29,206 nucleotides of DNA from Nannocystis sp. ILAH1 (GTDB taxonomy: Bacteria; Myxococcota_A; Polyangia; Nannocystales; Nannocystaceae): the NCBI RefSeq assembly GCF_026626585.1, contig NZ_JAPNKD010000014.1:1-29206 (forward strand). The letters run 5' to 3'. The notes under the pieces are model-generated. The model was not told where the DNA came from. It worked only from the letters and a program-made list of their open reading frames with translations, and ran no database searches. A program made the position numbers and the translations under genes. Positions within the stretch are counted from its first letter, which is position 1. Each line of letters starts with the position of its first letter. This document shows, one piece after another, positions 8,801 through 16,596 of this stretch.

Positions 8801-11800
8801 ATCTCGGCCAGGCGCCGGCGCAGCATCTCGACGCCGTCGTCCATGCGCCCGCCCTTGCGGTAGAGGCGGGACAGGCCGAGCACGACGTCGTCGTTCTCGG
8901 GGGCCTCGGCGGCGAGGGTCTCGAGGGTCCCTTGCGCGGCGGCCTCGTCGCCCTGGCCCTCTTGCAGGGCGCGGGCCTTGACGACGAGGAGGGCGATGCG
9001 GGCGTCGCGGTCGCCGGGCGCGACCTGGGTCAGGCGGCGGTCGAGGATCGGCAGCAGCTTGGCGTACTGCTCGGTGCGCAGGTAGAGGCTCTGCAGGCGC
9101 ACCAGGGCGTCGGGGTCGCCGGGGTTGTGGTCGAGGACCTCGGACCAGCCGGCGATCGCGGCGGCCGGCTGGCCGAGGCGCTCCTCGGTGAGGGTGGCGG
9201 CGCGGGCCAGGCAGCGCACGCGCGCGTCGGGGTTGGGCACGACCTCGGCGGCGGAGCGCAGGGCCTCGACGGCGCGGACCCACAGGCCCTCGCGCTGGAG
9301 GATCTCGATCAGCTCGGCGTGGACGTCGGCGGTCTCGGGGGTCTCCTTGACCAGCGCCTCGAGGCGGCGGATGGCCTCGAGCGAGCGGTCGGCGCGGTAG
9401 GCGAGGTCGCGCGCGAGCTGCAGGACGCGGGGGATCCGCTCGTCCAGCGGGAGGCCGTCGGCCTCGACGTCGTAGAGGCGCGCCGAGGCCTCGGCGGCCT
9501 CGCGCTCGCGGCCGGTCTTGGCGTGCAGCGCGGCCAGGCTGCGCAGCGCGCCCAGGTGCTTCGCCGAGACGGCGAGCACGCCGCGGTACTGCTCCTCGGC
9601 GCGCTCGGGCTGACCTGTCTGTTCGTACAGGTCGGCGAGGCGCAGGTGATAGGCGACGATGTGCTCGGGCAGGGTGAGGTCGGACAGCAGGCGCGACAGC
9701 GCGGCGATCAGGCGCTCCGGGTCGGCTGTCCTTTCGGCCATGTGGACGAGGCCCGAGAGCGCGACCGCGTCGTCGGGCACCAGCGCGAGGGCCTCCTCGT
9801 AGCGCTCGAGCGCGGCGTCGGGCATGCCGGCGCCCTCGTCCCACAGGCGAGCGAGCAGGCGCTGCAGGCCGGCGCGCTCGGACTTGCTGGCGGGGACGAC
9901 CGAGGCGTAGGCGTGGGCCAGCTCGTGCCAGGCGGAGCTGGCGGACGGGCGGCCGGGCAGGACCGGGGCGTCGAGCTCGGGCAGGGCCGGCAGGCCGGCG
10001 GTGACGGCGTCGATCAGCTCGCGGCTGGCGACCGGGGGCGGCGGCGGCAAGCTGGCCGCAGGGACAGGCTCAGGCGGGCGCGAGGGCGGCGGCGGGGCGG
10101 CGGGGCGGCGGGCCGGCGGCGGGGCCTTGGCGACCGGCTTGCCGCCCGGCGGGCGCGGCGGGGTCGGCTTGAGCGGCTTGGCGGCGGGCCGCGGCAGCGA
10201 GCGCTTGTGGGCGACCGGGCGCGGGGCGTCGTCGTCGAGCTCGAGCATCTCGTCGAGGTCGAGCACGCCCGAGACCTCGGCGCTCGGGCGCTTCGGCGCC
10301 GGGCCGACCAGGCTGTCCTCGATCGGCTCGAGGTCGGCGAGGTCGAACACGCCGCTCTCCTGGCGCGGCAGGCCGGCCGCGCGCACGCTGACCGAGCCGG
10401 ACGCCTCGACGGCCTCGAGGTCGGCGATGTCGACGATGTCGGTCTCGCCGCGGGCCGGCCGCGGGGCGCGGATCTTGACCGCGGTGGCCGACAGCTCGAC
10501 GGGCTCGAGGTCGGCGAGGTCGACGATGTTGGTGTGCGTCTCGCTGCGGACGGTCTTGCCCGGGCGGGCGACGACCTCCTTGCCACCGCCGCGCCGCAGC
10601 TCCTCGAGCGGCTCGAGCTCGGACAGCTGGATCTCGGCGGTCGGGCGCGACACCTCCTCGAGGTCGTCGAGCTCCATCACGCTCGACTCCTCTTTCTTGC
10701 GGGCCTTGACGGCCATGCGCGGGGCGAGCGTGTCGGGGTCGAGGCCGAGCTTGCGCCACTGGTCGCGGTCGGCCAGCTCGGGCGGGACGATCTGCGGCCA
10801 CAGCAGCGGGTCGCGGGCCGGCGGCGGGGCGGTGTAGGTGCCGGTCAGGCTGGCGAGGTGCCACATCTTGCTGTGGACGGGCCCGAGCTCACCTGTCTCG
10901 GGGGGCAGGTCGCCCTGCAGCTTCCAGGCGGCGATCCGGGCCCTGAGCGCGTACTCGGGCCGGCCGAGGCAGTTCTCGTAGAGCTCGGCGATCTGGGTCA
11001 GGAGCTTGCCCTGCTGGGCCCTGCCTGTCCCGAAGGCCAGCTCGCTCGCGGGCGCGAGCAGGAGCAGGTGCCACAGGTTGTCGCGCTCGGCCAGGCGGTC
11101 GAGCTCGAAGCGGGCCTCCTCGCTGCCGGGGTGGAGCGAGAGGGCGCGCAGCCACTCGGCGATGGCGCCGGCGGTGTCGCCGAGGCCGGCGCGCAGCTCG
11201 GCGCGGCGCTTGAGCAGCGACAGCTTGAGCGCGGGGTCGACGGTCTGGCCGATGATCTGCTGGGTGACCGACAGCAGGGTGAGCGCGCCGGTCGGCGGGG
11301 TGTCGGGGCTGCGCTTCTCGTCGACCTTGGCGGCCATCGCCTCGATCGCGGGCATCAGCGCGGTGCCGTCGCGGTCGTAGGCGACGCCGAGCCGCAGGGT
11401 GCGCAGGGCCGCGAGCGGGTCCTGGCGCTTCTCGTAGTCGATGCGCGCCGAGTCCTTGAGCTGGTTGAGGCCGCCGCGTTCGTTGCGCTGCAGCTTGGCG
11501 AGCGCGAGGCCGCGGTGGTGATCGGCGAGCTCGGGCCAGAGCTGGTGGCGCTGGGCCAGCTCGGTCATCAGGCCGGCGGCCTCCTCGGCGAGCGAGGGAT
11601 CGGCGGGGCGCAGGTCGGTCTCGGCCCGCCGCAGCCACTGGAACGCGCGCTTGTGATCGTTGAGGTGGCGCTCGTAGATCTTGGCGATGGCGACGCAGGC
11701 GTCGAAGCGGCCGAGGCCGGTCTTGGCGCGGCCGAGCTTGAGCTCCTGCAGGTCGATCAGCGCCTGCCACATCTGGTGGGCCTCGCCGAGGGCCTCGATC

Positions 11801-14800
11801 TGGCGCCCGAGGTCGTCGTCGTCGGGGCGCAGCTTGTAGGCGCGCTGCAGGTAGCCGATCGCGCGCGCGGGGTCGCCGAGGCGCTCGCGCGCGATCTCGG
11901 CGGCCGACATCAACAGGGCGATGGTGCCGTAGTCGCCGTAGTTGGGGGTCTTCTCCTGGAAGGCCAGCTCCTGCTCGCTGACGTCGAGCATCTGCGGCCA
12001 CAGGCCGTGGGCCTGGGCCAGGCCCTCGAGGCGGTCGAGCACGGTGCCGGCGTCGAGGCCGGCGCGCAGGGCCACGAAGTAGGCCTTGCGGGCCCAGGCG
12101 AAGGCGAGGTCGGGGTCGCCGATCTTCTTCTCGGCGGTGGCCGAGGCGCCGAGGCACAGGTCGATCTGGCCGCGGCTCTCCGCGCGGCCGCTCATCTCGG
12201 TGAAGCGCTCGCCGTAGACGACGAGCAGGTCCTTGTACATGCCGTGGCGCTCGGCGAACGCCTCGATCTTCTGCTTGAGGTCGCGGCTGCCGGGGGCGAT
12301 GCCGAGGGCCCGCCCGAGCAGCGCGAGCGCCCGCTTGGCGTGGCCGAGCCCGAACTCGCACACCTCGGCCATCTGCTCGAGGGTGACGACCTGCTGGGCG
12401 GCGTCGGTGAGGCTCTCGAGGCGCTTGCCGAGAGTGTCGAGGGTGGCCTGGTGGTCGCCGGCCAGCGCCTGCAGCTCGCCGAGGATCTTGAGGCCCTCGC
12501 CGTCGTCGGGCTCCTCGCGCATGAACCGCTGGAAGGCGGCGATGGCCTTGTGCGGGGCGTTGAGGTTGACGACGTAGGTGCGGGCGACCAGCGAGAACAG
12601 CTCGCGCCGCTCGTCGGTCTCGAGCGCCGAGAGCAGGAGGATCTCGGCGTGGCGGATCAGGCGGTCGAACTGGCCGGCGCGCTCGTACAGCTCGAGCAGC
12701 TTGAGGGCGACGTCGCGGTTGCCGACGGCGGCGTTCGAGCTGAGCTGCTCGAGCACGCGGATGGCGGCGGCCGGGTTGTCGAGCCGGTCGGCCAGGACCT
12801 CGGCGCGCTCCCAGCCGATGCCGAGCGCCTCCTCGTCGCTGTCGGCCATGTCCTGCAGGGTGCCGAGCGAGGCGGCCAGGCCGTGCCAGCTGCCGAGGTT
12901 GCGGTAGAGGCGGGTCAGCGCCTCGGTGGCGCCGCGGTGGTCGCGGTGGATCCGCAGCGCGCGCTCGAAGGCCGAGCAGGCCAGGTCGGCGTCGCCGAGC
13001 GACGACTCGGCGACGTGGCCCAGGCGCATGAGATAGTCGAGCTGGCGGATCGGCGGGGTGCGGGCCGAGCTGGCGGCCTTGCCGAGCAGGTTGGCGAGCT
13101 CCTCGCGGTTGCCGAGCGCCTCGTAGGCGGCGATCAGCTTGTCGGTGACCTCGAGGTTGTGCGGGTCGCCGGCCTGCAGCTGCGTCCACGCCTGGGCCGA
13201 GCGCTGCGGGTCCTGCAGCTTGCGGTCGGCGACGTCGGCCATGCGCCGGATGATGCGGGTGCGCTGGGCCGGGTCTCCGACGAGGCCGAGCTCGCGCGAC
13301 AGCGCCTCGTACTCGCCGCCGGCGTCGCCGAGCTCGGCGCACAAGCCCTGCATGCGGTGGACCGCGTCCATGTCCGACGGGCTGTAGCCGAGGATCTGCT
13401 CGCAGGCCCACAGCGCCTCGCGCGGGCTGTGCAGCTCGTGCTGCCACAGCTCGGCCATGCGCCGCAGCAGGACCACGCGCTGCGAGATGCTGCGGGTGAC
13501 GTCGTGCTGGCGCCGCAGCAGGTCGATGACCTGGTCGTAGGCACCTGTCCGTTCGTACATCTCGGCGAGCGCGCGCAGGGCCCCCTCGTGGCCGGGCGCG
13601 AGCGCCAGCATCTCCTGCAGCAGGACGATGGTGCGCTGGGGGTCGGTCATGCGCTCGCGGTGGGCCTGCGACAGCCGGCGCAACACCTCGAAGCGGCGCT
13701 GCGGATCGACGGTGCGCTGCAGCTCGGCCTCGAGGGTGGCGAGGTTGGCGTCGAGCATGCGCGCGCGCTTGTCGATGCGGGCGATCTGGTCGCGCGGGCG
13801 CCAGTCGTTGGGGTAGGCGAGGGCGAGCCGGTTCCAGGCGTCGAGGGCGCCGGCGAGGTCGCCGAGGCGGCGCTCGTAGATCTCGGCCAGCTCGACGAAG
13901 TGCTCGGCGAACTCGGAGCGAGCGAGCGGGCTGTCCGGGCCGCCGCCCATCTGCAGGGCCTGGTCGCCCTGGTAGAGGATGAGGCCGGCGAGGTGCGACC
14001 AGTTGTTCTTGCGCCGCCAGTGCTCCTTGTAGCCCTCGAAGGCCTCGTGATTGAAGGGCTCGCGCTCGAGCACGCGGTAGAAGCTGACCGCGGCCCGCTC
14101 CTCGTCGCCGAGGTCCTCGCGGGCGACGCGGGCGGCCCACAGCAGCTTGTCGGTCGGCAGACCGCCGGGGTCCTGCTCGGACCAGCGCTCGTACAGGCTG
14201 ACGAGACCGTGGTTGTCGCCGAGCTCGACCAGCAAGGCCTCGAGGCGCAGCCAGGCGTCGCCGCCGGGCCGCTCGAGCCGCGAGGCCTGCTCGTAGCAGG
14301 CGCGGGCCTCCTCGCGGCGGGCGAGGCGAGTCTCGAGCAGCTCGCCGCGCGACAGCCACAGGCCGTAGCTGTCGGCCTCGGTGACATAGCCGATCCACGC
14401 CCCGTAGAGGTCGTCGAGCTCCATCCACTTCTCCTGCGCCATCAACAGCTCGGCGAGGGCGTTGCCGGCCTCGTGATGGTCGGGACGCAGGCTCATGGCC
14501 CGGCGCAGCAGGCTGTAGGCGATCTTGTCGTCGCCCTGGCTGCGCGCGAGCTTGGCGGCGCGGAAGAACACGTCGGCGGCCTTCTGCAGGCCCTCGTCGC
14601 TGGCCTTGCCGCTGCCGAGGTAGAGGGCGCCGAAGGCCCGCAGGGCGGCGACGTCGTCCGGGTTGGCCTTGAGCGCGGCCTGCAGGTGGAGCGCGGCGGA
14701 GGGGATGTTCTCGAGCTGCTCGGCCTCGATCCGCGCGAGGCGGAGGTGAAGGGCGGCGAAGCGGTCGCGCTCGCGGACGTTGTCGGTGCGCGCGAGCTCG

Positions 14801-15432
14801 GCGTTGATCAGATCGATGACGCGCAGCCAGGCGCCAGCCTGGAGATGAAGCCGGATGAGCTGATCGCTGGCGTCGCGCTCCTGGGGGTTGATCTCGAGCG
14901 CGGCCCTGTAGCAAGCGATGGCCTCGTCGACCTGACAGCGCTGCTCGTCGACCTTGCCGAGCTCGACGAGCGCGCCAGGGACCGCGCCCCGATCGTGCCG
15001 CCGCAGGTGGTCGAGGCGGAACTTGAGCAAGGTGGCAAGCTCGTCGAGGCTGCCGAGCTCGCCGTAGACCTTGCGCAGTTGCTCGTAGGCGCGGCTGTTG
15101 TGCGGCTCGGCCTGGAGGGCGCGCACGAGGGCGTAGGCGGCCTGGGGCTTGTCCTTGACGCGGTCGTACCAGAGCTCGTAGGCCTGGACGCACAGCTCGG
15201 CGACCTTCGGCGGGCCACTGATCGCTGCAGCGTGCACGACGAGCAAGGTGGCGAGGGCGCTCCAGTTCTCGGCCTCGCGGAAGGCCCGTCGCAGCTTCAA
15301 GAAGGCGTCGTCGCTGGGCTTGGCGCGAAACGCCCCGAGCTCGGGCGGCTCTCCATGAGCCACGGGCGGCAGCGGGCAAGGCAGATCGTGAGGCGAGGGC
15401 TGGCGCTTGGGCGCGACGGCGGTTTCGGGCAT
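5815..15432 (-). CDS. Giant cytoplasmic TPR-repeat protein (about 3,200 aa). Two long TPR super-helical regions are separated by an acidic repeat array ([IV]xDLADLEPxE x5-6) and a polyproline segment; ~330-aa C-terminal domain of unknown function
   Basis: Uninterrupted 9.7-kb ORF with high GC3. Dozens of TPR signatures (LAxLYExxGxxxxA..Y). No signal peptide. Start ambiguous between ATG at 15432 (preferred) and TTG at 15516 (track). Resembles the giant TPR proteins of myxobacteria (an AgmK/GltE-like size class), but no motility-gene neighbours are present, so no symbol is assigned. Confidence 0.9.
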   Translation of the reverse strand: MPETAVAPKRQPSPHDLPCPLPPVAHGEPPELGAFRAKPSDDAFLKLRRAFREAENWSALATLLVVHAAAISGPPKVAELCVQAYELWYDRVKDKPQAAYALVRALQAEPHNSRAYEQLRKVYGELGSLDELATLLKFRLDHLRRHDRGAVPGALVELGKVDEQRCQVDEAIACYRAALEINPQERDASDQLIRLHLQAGAWLRVIDLINAELARTDNVRERDRFAALHLRLARIEAEQLENIPSAALHLQAALKANPDDVAALRAFGALYLGSGKASDEGLQKAADVFFRAAKLARSQGDDKIAYSLLRRAMSLRPDHHEAGNALAELLMAQEKWMELDDLYGAWIGYVTEADSYGLWLSRGELLETRLARREEARACYEQASRLERPGGDAWLRLEALLVELGDNHGLVSLYERWSEQDPGGLPTDKLLWAARVAREDLGDEERAAVSFYRVLEREPFNHEAFEGYKEHWRRKNNWSHLAGLILYQGDQALQMGGGPDSPLARSEFAEHFVELAEIYERRLGDLAGALDAWNRLALAYPNDWRPRDQIARIDKRARMLDANLATLEAELQRTVDPQRRFEVLRRLSQAHRERMTDPQRTIVLLQEMLALAPGHEGALRALAEMYERTGAYDQVIDLLRRQHDVTRSISQRVVLLRRMAELWQHELHSPREALWACEQILGYSPSDMDAVHRMQGLCAELGDAGGEYEALSRELGLVGDPAQRTRIIRRMADVADRKLQDPQRSAQAWTQLQAGDPHNLEVTDKLIAAYEALGNREELANLLGKAASSARTPPIRQLDYLMRLGHVAESSLGDADLACSAFERALRIHRDHRGATEALTRLYRNLGSWHGLAASLGTLQDMADSDEEALGIGWERAEVLADRLDNPAAAIRVLEQLSSNAAVGNRDVALKLLELYERAGQFDRLIRHAEILLLSALETDERRELFSLVARTYVVNLNAPHKAIAAFQRFMREEPDDGEGLKILGELQALAGDHQATLDTLGKRLESLTDAAQQVVTLEQMAEVCEFGLGHAKRALALLGRALGIAPGSRDLKQKIEAFAERHGMYKDLLVVYGERFTEMSGRAESRGQIDLCLGASATAEKKIGDPDLAFAWARKAYFVALRAGLDAGTVLDRLEGLAQAHGLWPQMLDVSEQELAFQEKTPNYGDYGTIALLMSAAEIARERLGDPARAIGYLQRAYKLRPDDDDLGRQIEALGEAHQMWQALIDLQELKLGRAKTGLGRFDACVAIAKIYERHLNDHKRAFQWLRRAETDLRPADPSLAEEAAGLMTELAQRHQLWPELADHHRGLALAKLQRNERGGLNQLKDSARIDYEKRQDPLAALRTLRLGVAYDRDGTALMPAIEAMAAKVDEKRSPDTPPTGALTLLSVTQQIIGQTVDPALKLSLLKRRAELRAGLGDTAGAIAEWLRALSLHPGSEEARFELDRLAERDNLWHLLLLAPASELAFGTGRAQQGKLLTQIAELYENCLGRPEYALRARIAAWKLQGDLPPETGELGPVHSKMWHLASLTGTYTAPPPARDPLLWPQIVPPELADRDQWRKLGLDPDTLAPRMAVKARKKEESSVMELDDLEEVSRPTAEIQLSELEPLEELRRGGGKEVVARPGKTVRSETHTNIVDLADLEPVELSATAVKIRAPRPARGETDIVDIADLEAVEASGSVSVRAAGLPRQESGVFDLADLEPIEDSLVGPAPKRPSAEVSGVLDLDEMLELDDDAPRPVAHKRSLPRPAAKPLKPTPPRPPGGKPVAKAPPPARRPAAPPPPSRPPEPVPAASLPPPPPVASRELIDAVTAGLPALPELDAPVLPGRPSASSAWHELAHAYASVVPASKSERAGLQRLLARLWDEGAGMPDAALERYEEALALVPDDAVALSGLVHMAERTADPERLIAALSRLLSDLTLPEHIVAYHLRLADLYEQTGQPERAEEQYRGVLAVSAKHLGALRSLAALHAKTGREREAAEASARLYDVEADGLPLDERIPRVLQLARDLAYRADRSLEAIRRLEALVKETPETADVHAELIEILQREGLWVRAVEALRSAAEVVPNPDARVRCLARAATLTEERLGQPAAAIAGWSEVLDHNPGDPDALVRLQSLYLRTEQYAKLLPILDRRLTQVAPGDRDARIALLVVKARALQEGQGDEAAAQGTLETLAAEAPENDDVVLGLSRLYRKGGRMDDGVEMLRRRLAEIVSDMEVRAEPLDEEPLPFDIPEPVSPALAARRVRIAEALATALAEEAGDPRGALETLDEALAAAPPEAALGLQQRRVALARTLGDDRALTVSLAAVAEPDGILEAAAIARDRLREPELAAQLFTRVLAELAPGAPQRSRRLSQAIEGLVGLRLAAGDLDGADALLDAQLAQIDDPEIRARILTESGRALLRGGQELARARQRFEAALAADPDYAPARLALGAALIDAGLHAEAEAILEAAVEAFGLTRDQPRLVEGLLMLAHLFEQTDRANEAYRRLSMALRHVPDDLEIRAAMAHNRAAAGRHRDAVAALEPVEQRLAAGTPVPPERAPVVADLLILAAECDAKQNAPAERLAARYARALELAPRHRKARAALAQLAQESGRLVDAAEHTLALADLEQDPEARGRALLAAGMLFHEAAGAAAETGEETVVSVSAQKILGAAFDAVQAGLALIQHIPHPVLDRRQLEAAFWTAVSRNAGIALGCLDRLLHHPDLRDAKRAGFLLEGVKIALQRGEPGDPERALGYARAAVELLPDAAAPIHGLVDALRAAGAVDEIEPAVRAYLAKDSVQKPPGDPREARDRQRLLVRLADLVVQAEPSPDPKDSRPAQAIRLLERAAELDPTGLGLAPRRQLARLYADEKIQGPQVRSNSDALLHLDPLDEASLAALARHCAENGEEGRAHAIHQLLRIVSPGHAEAGAFLTSHELLSVRSGKLDPATVIDPAPADAGVVPALTALWEGAAELLAEELPRPQFSEAAWIEAETDKDTLLWKVWTELGTQMPAQGVRLADVELLPDMRVEGGWTSVSCVHPPVILVGPAARAETTAPRLRFALGRAMFFTRPAAILVSGLPKPLFAGVLAAALQAFHPRHTRRVRARDEADLATRLGQTLARKLPIRLARQLSTGFKEREQEGFDSRDWRAWVQRSGDRVGLCLSRNLGAALDILGLPQEPGERSAALKARAAFDADLRDLLVFAVSPAYVGARRALGFEVKSR

Positions 15433-15658
15433 GGGCGTGGGCCGCGAGCGGGGCCGCCCAAGGTACCACGGCCGCCCTGGCGTGTGGTTTGCGGGCGGAC
15501 AGGTGACCGTGGGCAAGATCGCGCGCGTGGCGGGACACGGAGGGTCGGCGATTGGGGGCGGGAGGCCCGATCGTCGGGGCGCTGTCGCGCTCGTGAATGG
15601 GTGAGGGATTCTGCGCGGGGGGCTCGGCGCTCAGCATATTGCCGACTGCGCCTCGCGG

Positions 15659-15760
15659 GGGGTCCGGGGAAGCGGCGGCCGCGAGTTAACCGGCGGGATG
15701 GACACTCGTTCCTCGCGCCCATCTCGCCTCTAATTCGCGGCCGCCGCTTCCCCGGACCCC
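15659..15760. promoter_or_regulatory. Perfect 26-bp inverted repeat (GGGGTCCGGGGAAGCGGCGGCCGCGA ... TCGCGGCCGCCGCTTCCCCGGACCCC) flanking a 50-bp AT-richer spacer (contains TTAACC, CTCTAATT); lies 140-240 bp upstream of the giant TPR gene
   Basis: Arms at 15659-15684 and 15735-15760 are exact reverse complements. The spacer is conspicuously AT-rich for this genome. No convincing target-site duplication, so a MITE is not supported. Candidate large operator or cruciform element in the TPR-operon promoter region. Confidence 0.5.
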
Positions 15761-15835
15761 TGGCACGGCTGCAGCCGTGAGAGGCCCGCACGCCGTCGTG
15801 GGCTTCGATGCAGAGGCTGCCCCGGCGGAGAGCGC

Positions 15836-15928
15836 GAGGCGTCTGTTCGACGGCCAGGGCTGGCCGCCGAACAGACGCCATTTCACGAACCGGGCGGCGT
15901 GCGTCTGTCGGAGACGATTGGTGTGAGG
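15836..15928 (+). repeat. Copy 1 of a duplicated ~95-nt structured element: 19-bp-stem hairpin GCGTCTGTTCGACGGCCAG-GG-CTGGCCGCCGAACAGACGC followed by CATTTCACG.., a second small stem CGTCTGTCGGAGACG, then GTGTGAGG
   Basis: About 85-90% identical over ~95 nt to 16400-16490 in the same orientation. An additional shared GACGATGATG lies 25-35 nt further downstream in both. A sigma-54-like TGGCACG at 15762-15768 lies ~70 nt upstream on the same strand (GG/GC spacing fits only with a poor -12 element). Confidence 0.55.
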
Positions 15929-16348
15929 ACTCGGGGAACTCGGGTGGCGAGAGATGACGATGATGTTTTCGGGGACGGTGCTCGGCTTCGGTGCCGTGAT
16001 TGTCGTGATGGGGGATCGGGGCGATCGTGCTCGCGGGATGCCCGATGCGCCGATATTCTGGTGGGCGCCGACGAGAGCTGACGCGATGCTGCATGCAATG
16101 GGCCTCGGCAAGCGCAGAATGACGAATGGCGATAGCGGGCAGGGCGATTCGTCGCTCGTGCTCGATGAGGATGACGGGGTTCCGGCAGGTCAGGCAGCGA
16201 GGTGCAGGTGTATCGCTCGATGCAGTCGACGGCCGCGCAGGCTCGCGACGTGGCGCAGGCGGAGGCCGCGGTCGAGCACGACGCTGGCGTGATCCGGCCT
16301 CCTGCGGGCATGACAGGCGGACGGATCCGTTGTCGCAGCGCGCGGTCG

Positions 16349-16375
16349 AAAAAAAATCGCTCGCGCATGGGCGCG
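16349..16375 (-). terminator. T8 run (A8 on the plus strand, 16349-16356) preceded on the minus strand by a short GC stem (CGCGC-CCAT-GCGCG); candidate intrinsic terminator for the ferritin-like gene / copy-2 element transcript
   Basis: Homopolymer 8-mers are very rare in a 70% GC genome. The stem is only 5 bp and sits 5 nt from the U-run, hence low confidence. Confidence 0.3.
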
Positions 16376-16399
16376 CGGGTCCGGGGCGTGACGACGACA

Positions 16400-16490
16400 G
16401 GAGCGTCTATTCGACGGTCAGGGCTGGCCCGCCGACAGACGCGATTCACGATTCGGGCTGCGTGCGTCTTCCGGAGACGATCGTGTGAGG
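16400..16490 (+). repeat. Copy 2 of the duplicated structured element (GAGCGTCTATTCGACGGTCAGGGCTGGCCCGCCGACAGACGCGATTCACG...GTGTGAGG), ~107 nt beyond the stop of the ferritin-like gene
   Basis: Aligned by eye to copy 1. The hairpin arms are retained with a few compensatory or mismatched positions. A translated frame is not conserved between copies (the copy-2 frame hits a stop), so the similarity is at RNA/DNA level. Confidence 0.55.
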
Positions 16491-16596
16491 CCTCATCGCG
16501 CGCGGAGGCAGGGCGACGACGATGATGATTCCGGCGACGGAGGCTCGCGTGGGCGGTGCCATGATTCGGTGATTGGAGCTCGGTGGCGTGCCGGGT

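Noticed and set aside
15516-15516. TTG start for the giant TPR gene given by the track
   Set aside because: An in-frame ATG 28 codons downstream (15432) is the more conventional start. Neither has a Shine-Dalgarno sequence, so both are mentioned.
15659-15760. MITE / IS terminal inverted repeats
   Set aside because: No target-site duplication and no second copy in the window. Kept as a regulatory-IR hypothesis with the MITE test listed as a check.
7663-15780. 2,705-aa plus-strand ORF and the 1,582-aa minus ORF 10889-15637
   Set aside because: Antisense or offset frames of the giant TPR gene: low-complexity Gly/Ala/Arg proteins with no stops only because of GC richness. The TPR frame has the clean repeat architecture and ATG/TTG start context.
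15954-16292. 112-aa ORF MTMMFSGTVLGFGAVIVVMG... between the two structured repeat copies
   Set aside because: The hydrophobic N-terminus is tempting, but GC3 is only about 75%, there are several rare codons, the C-terminal half is Arg-rich, and the homologous position in copy 2 does not conserve a frame. More likely non-coding.
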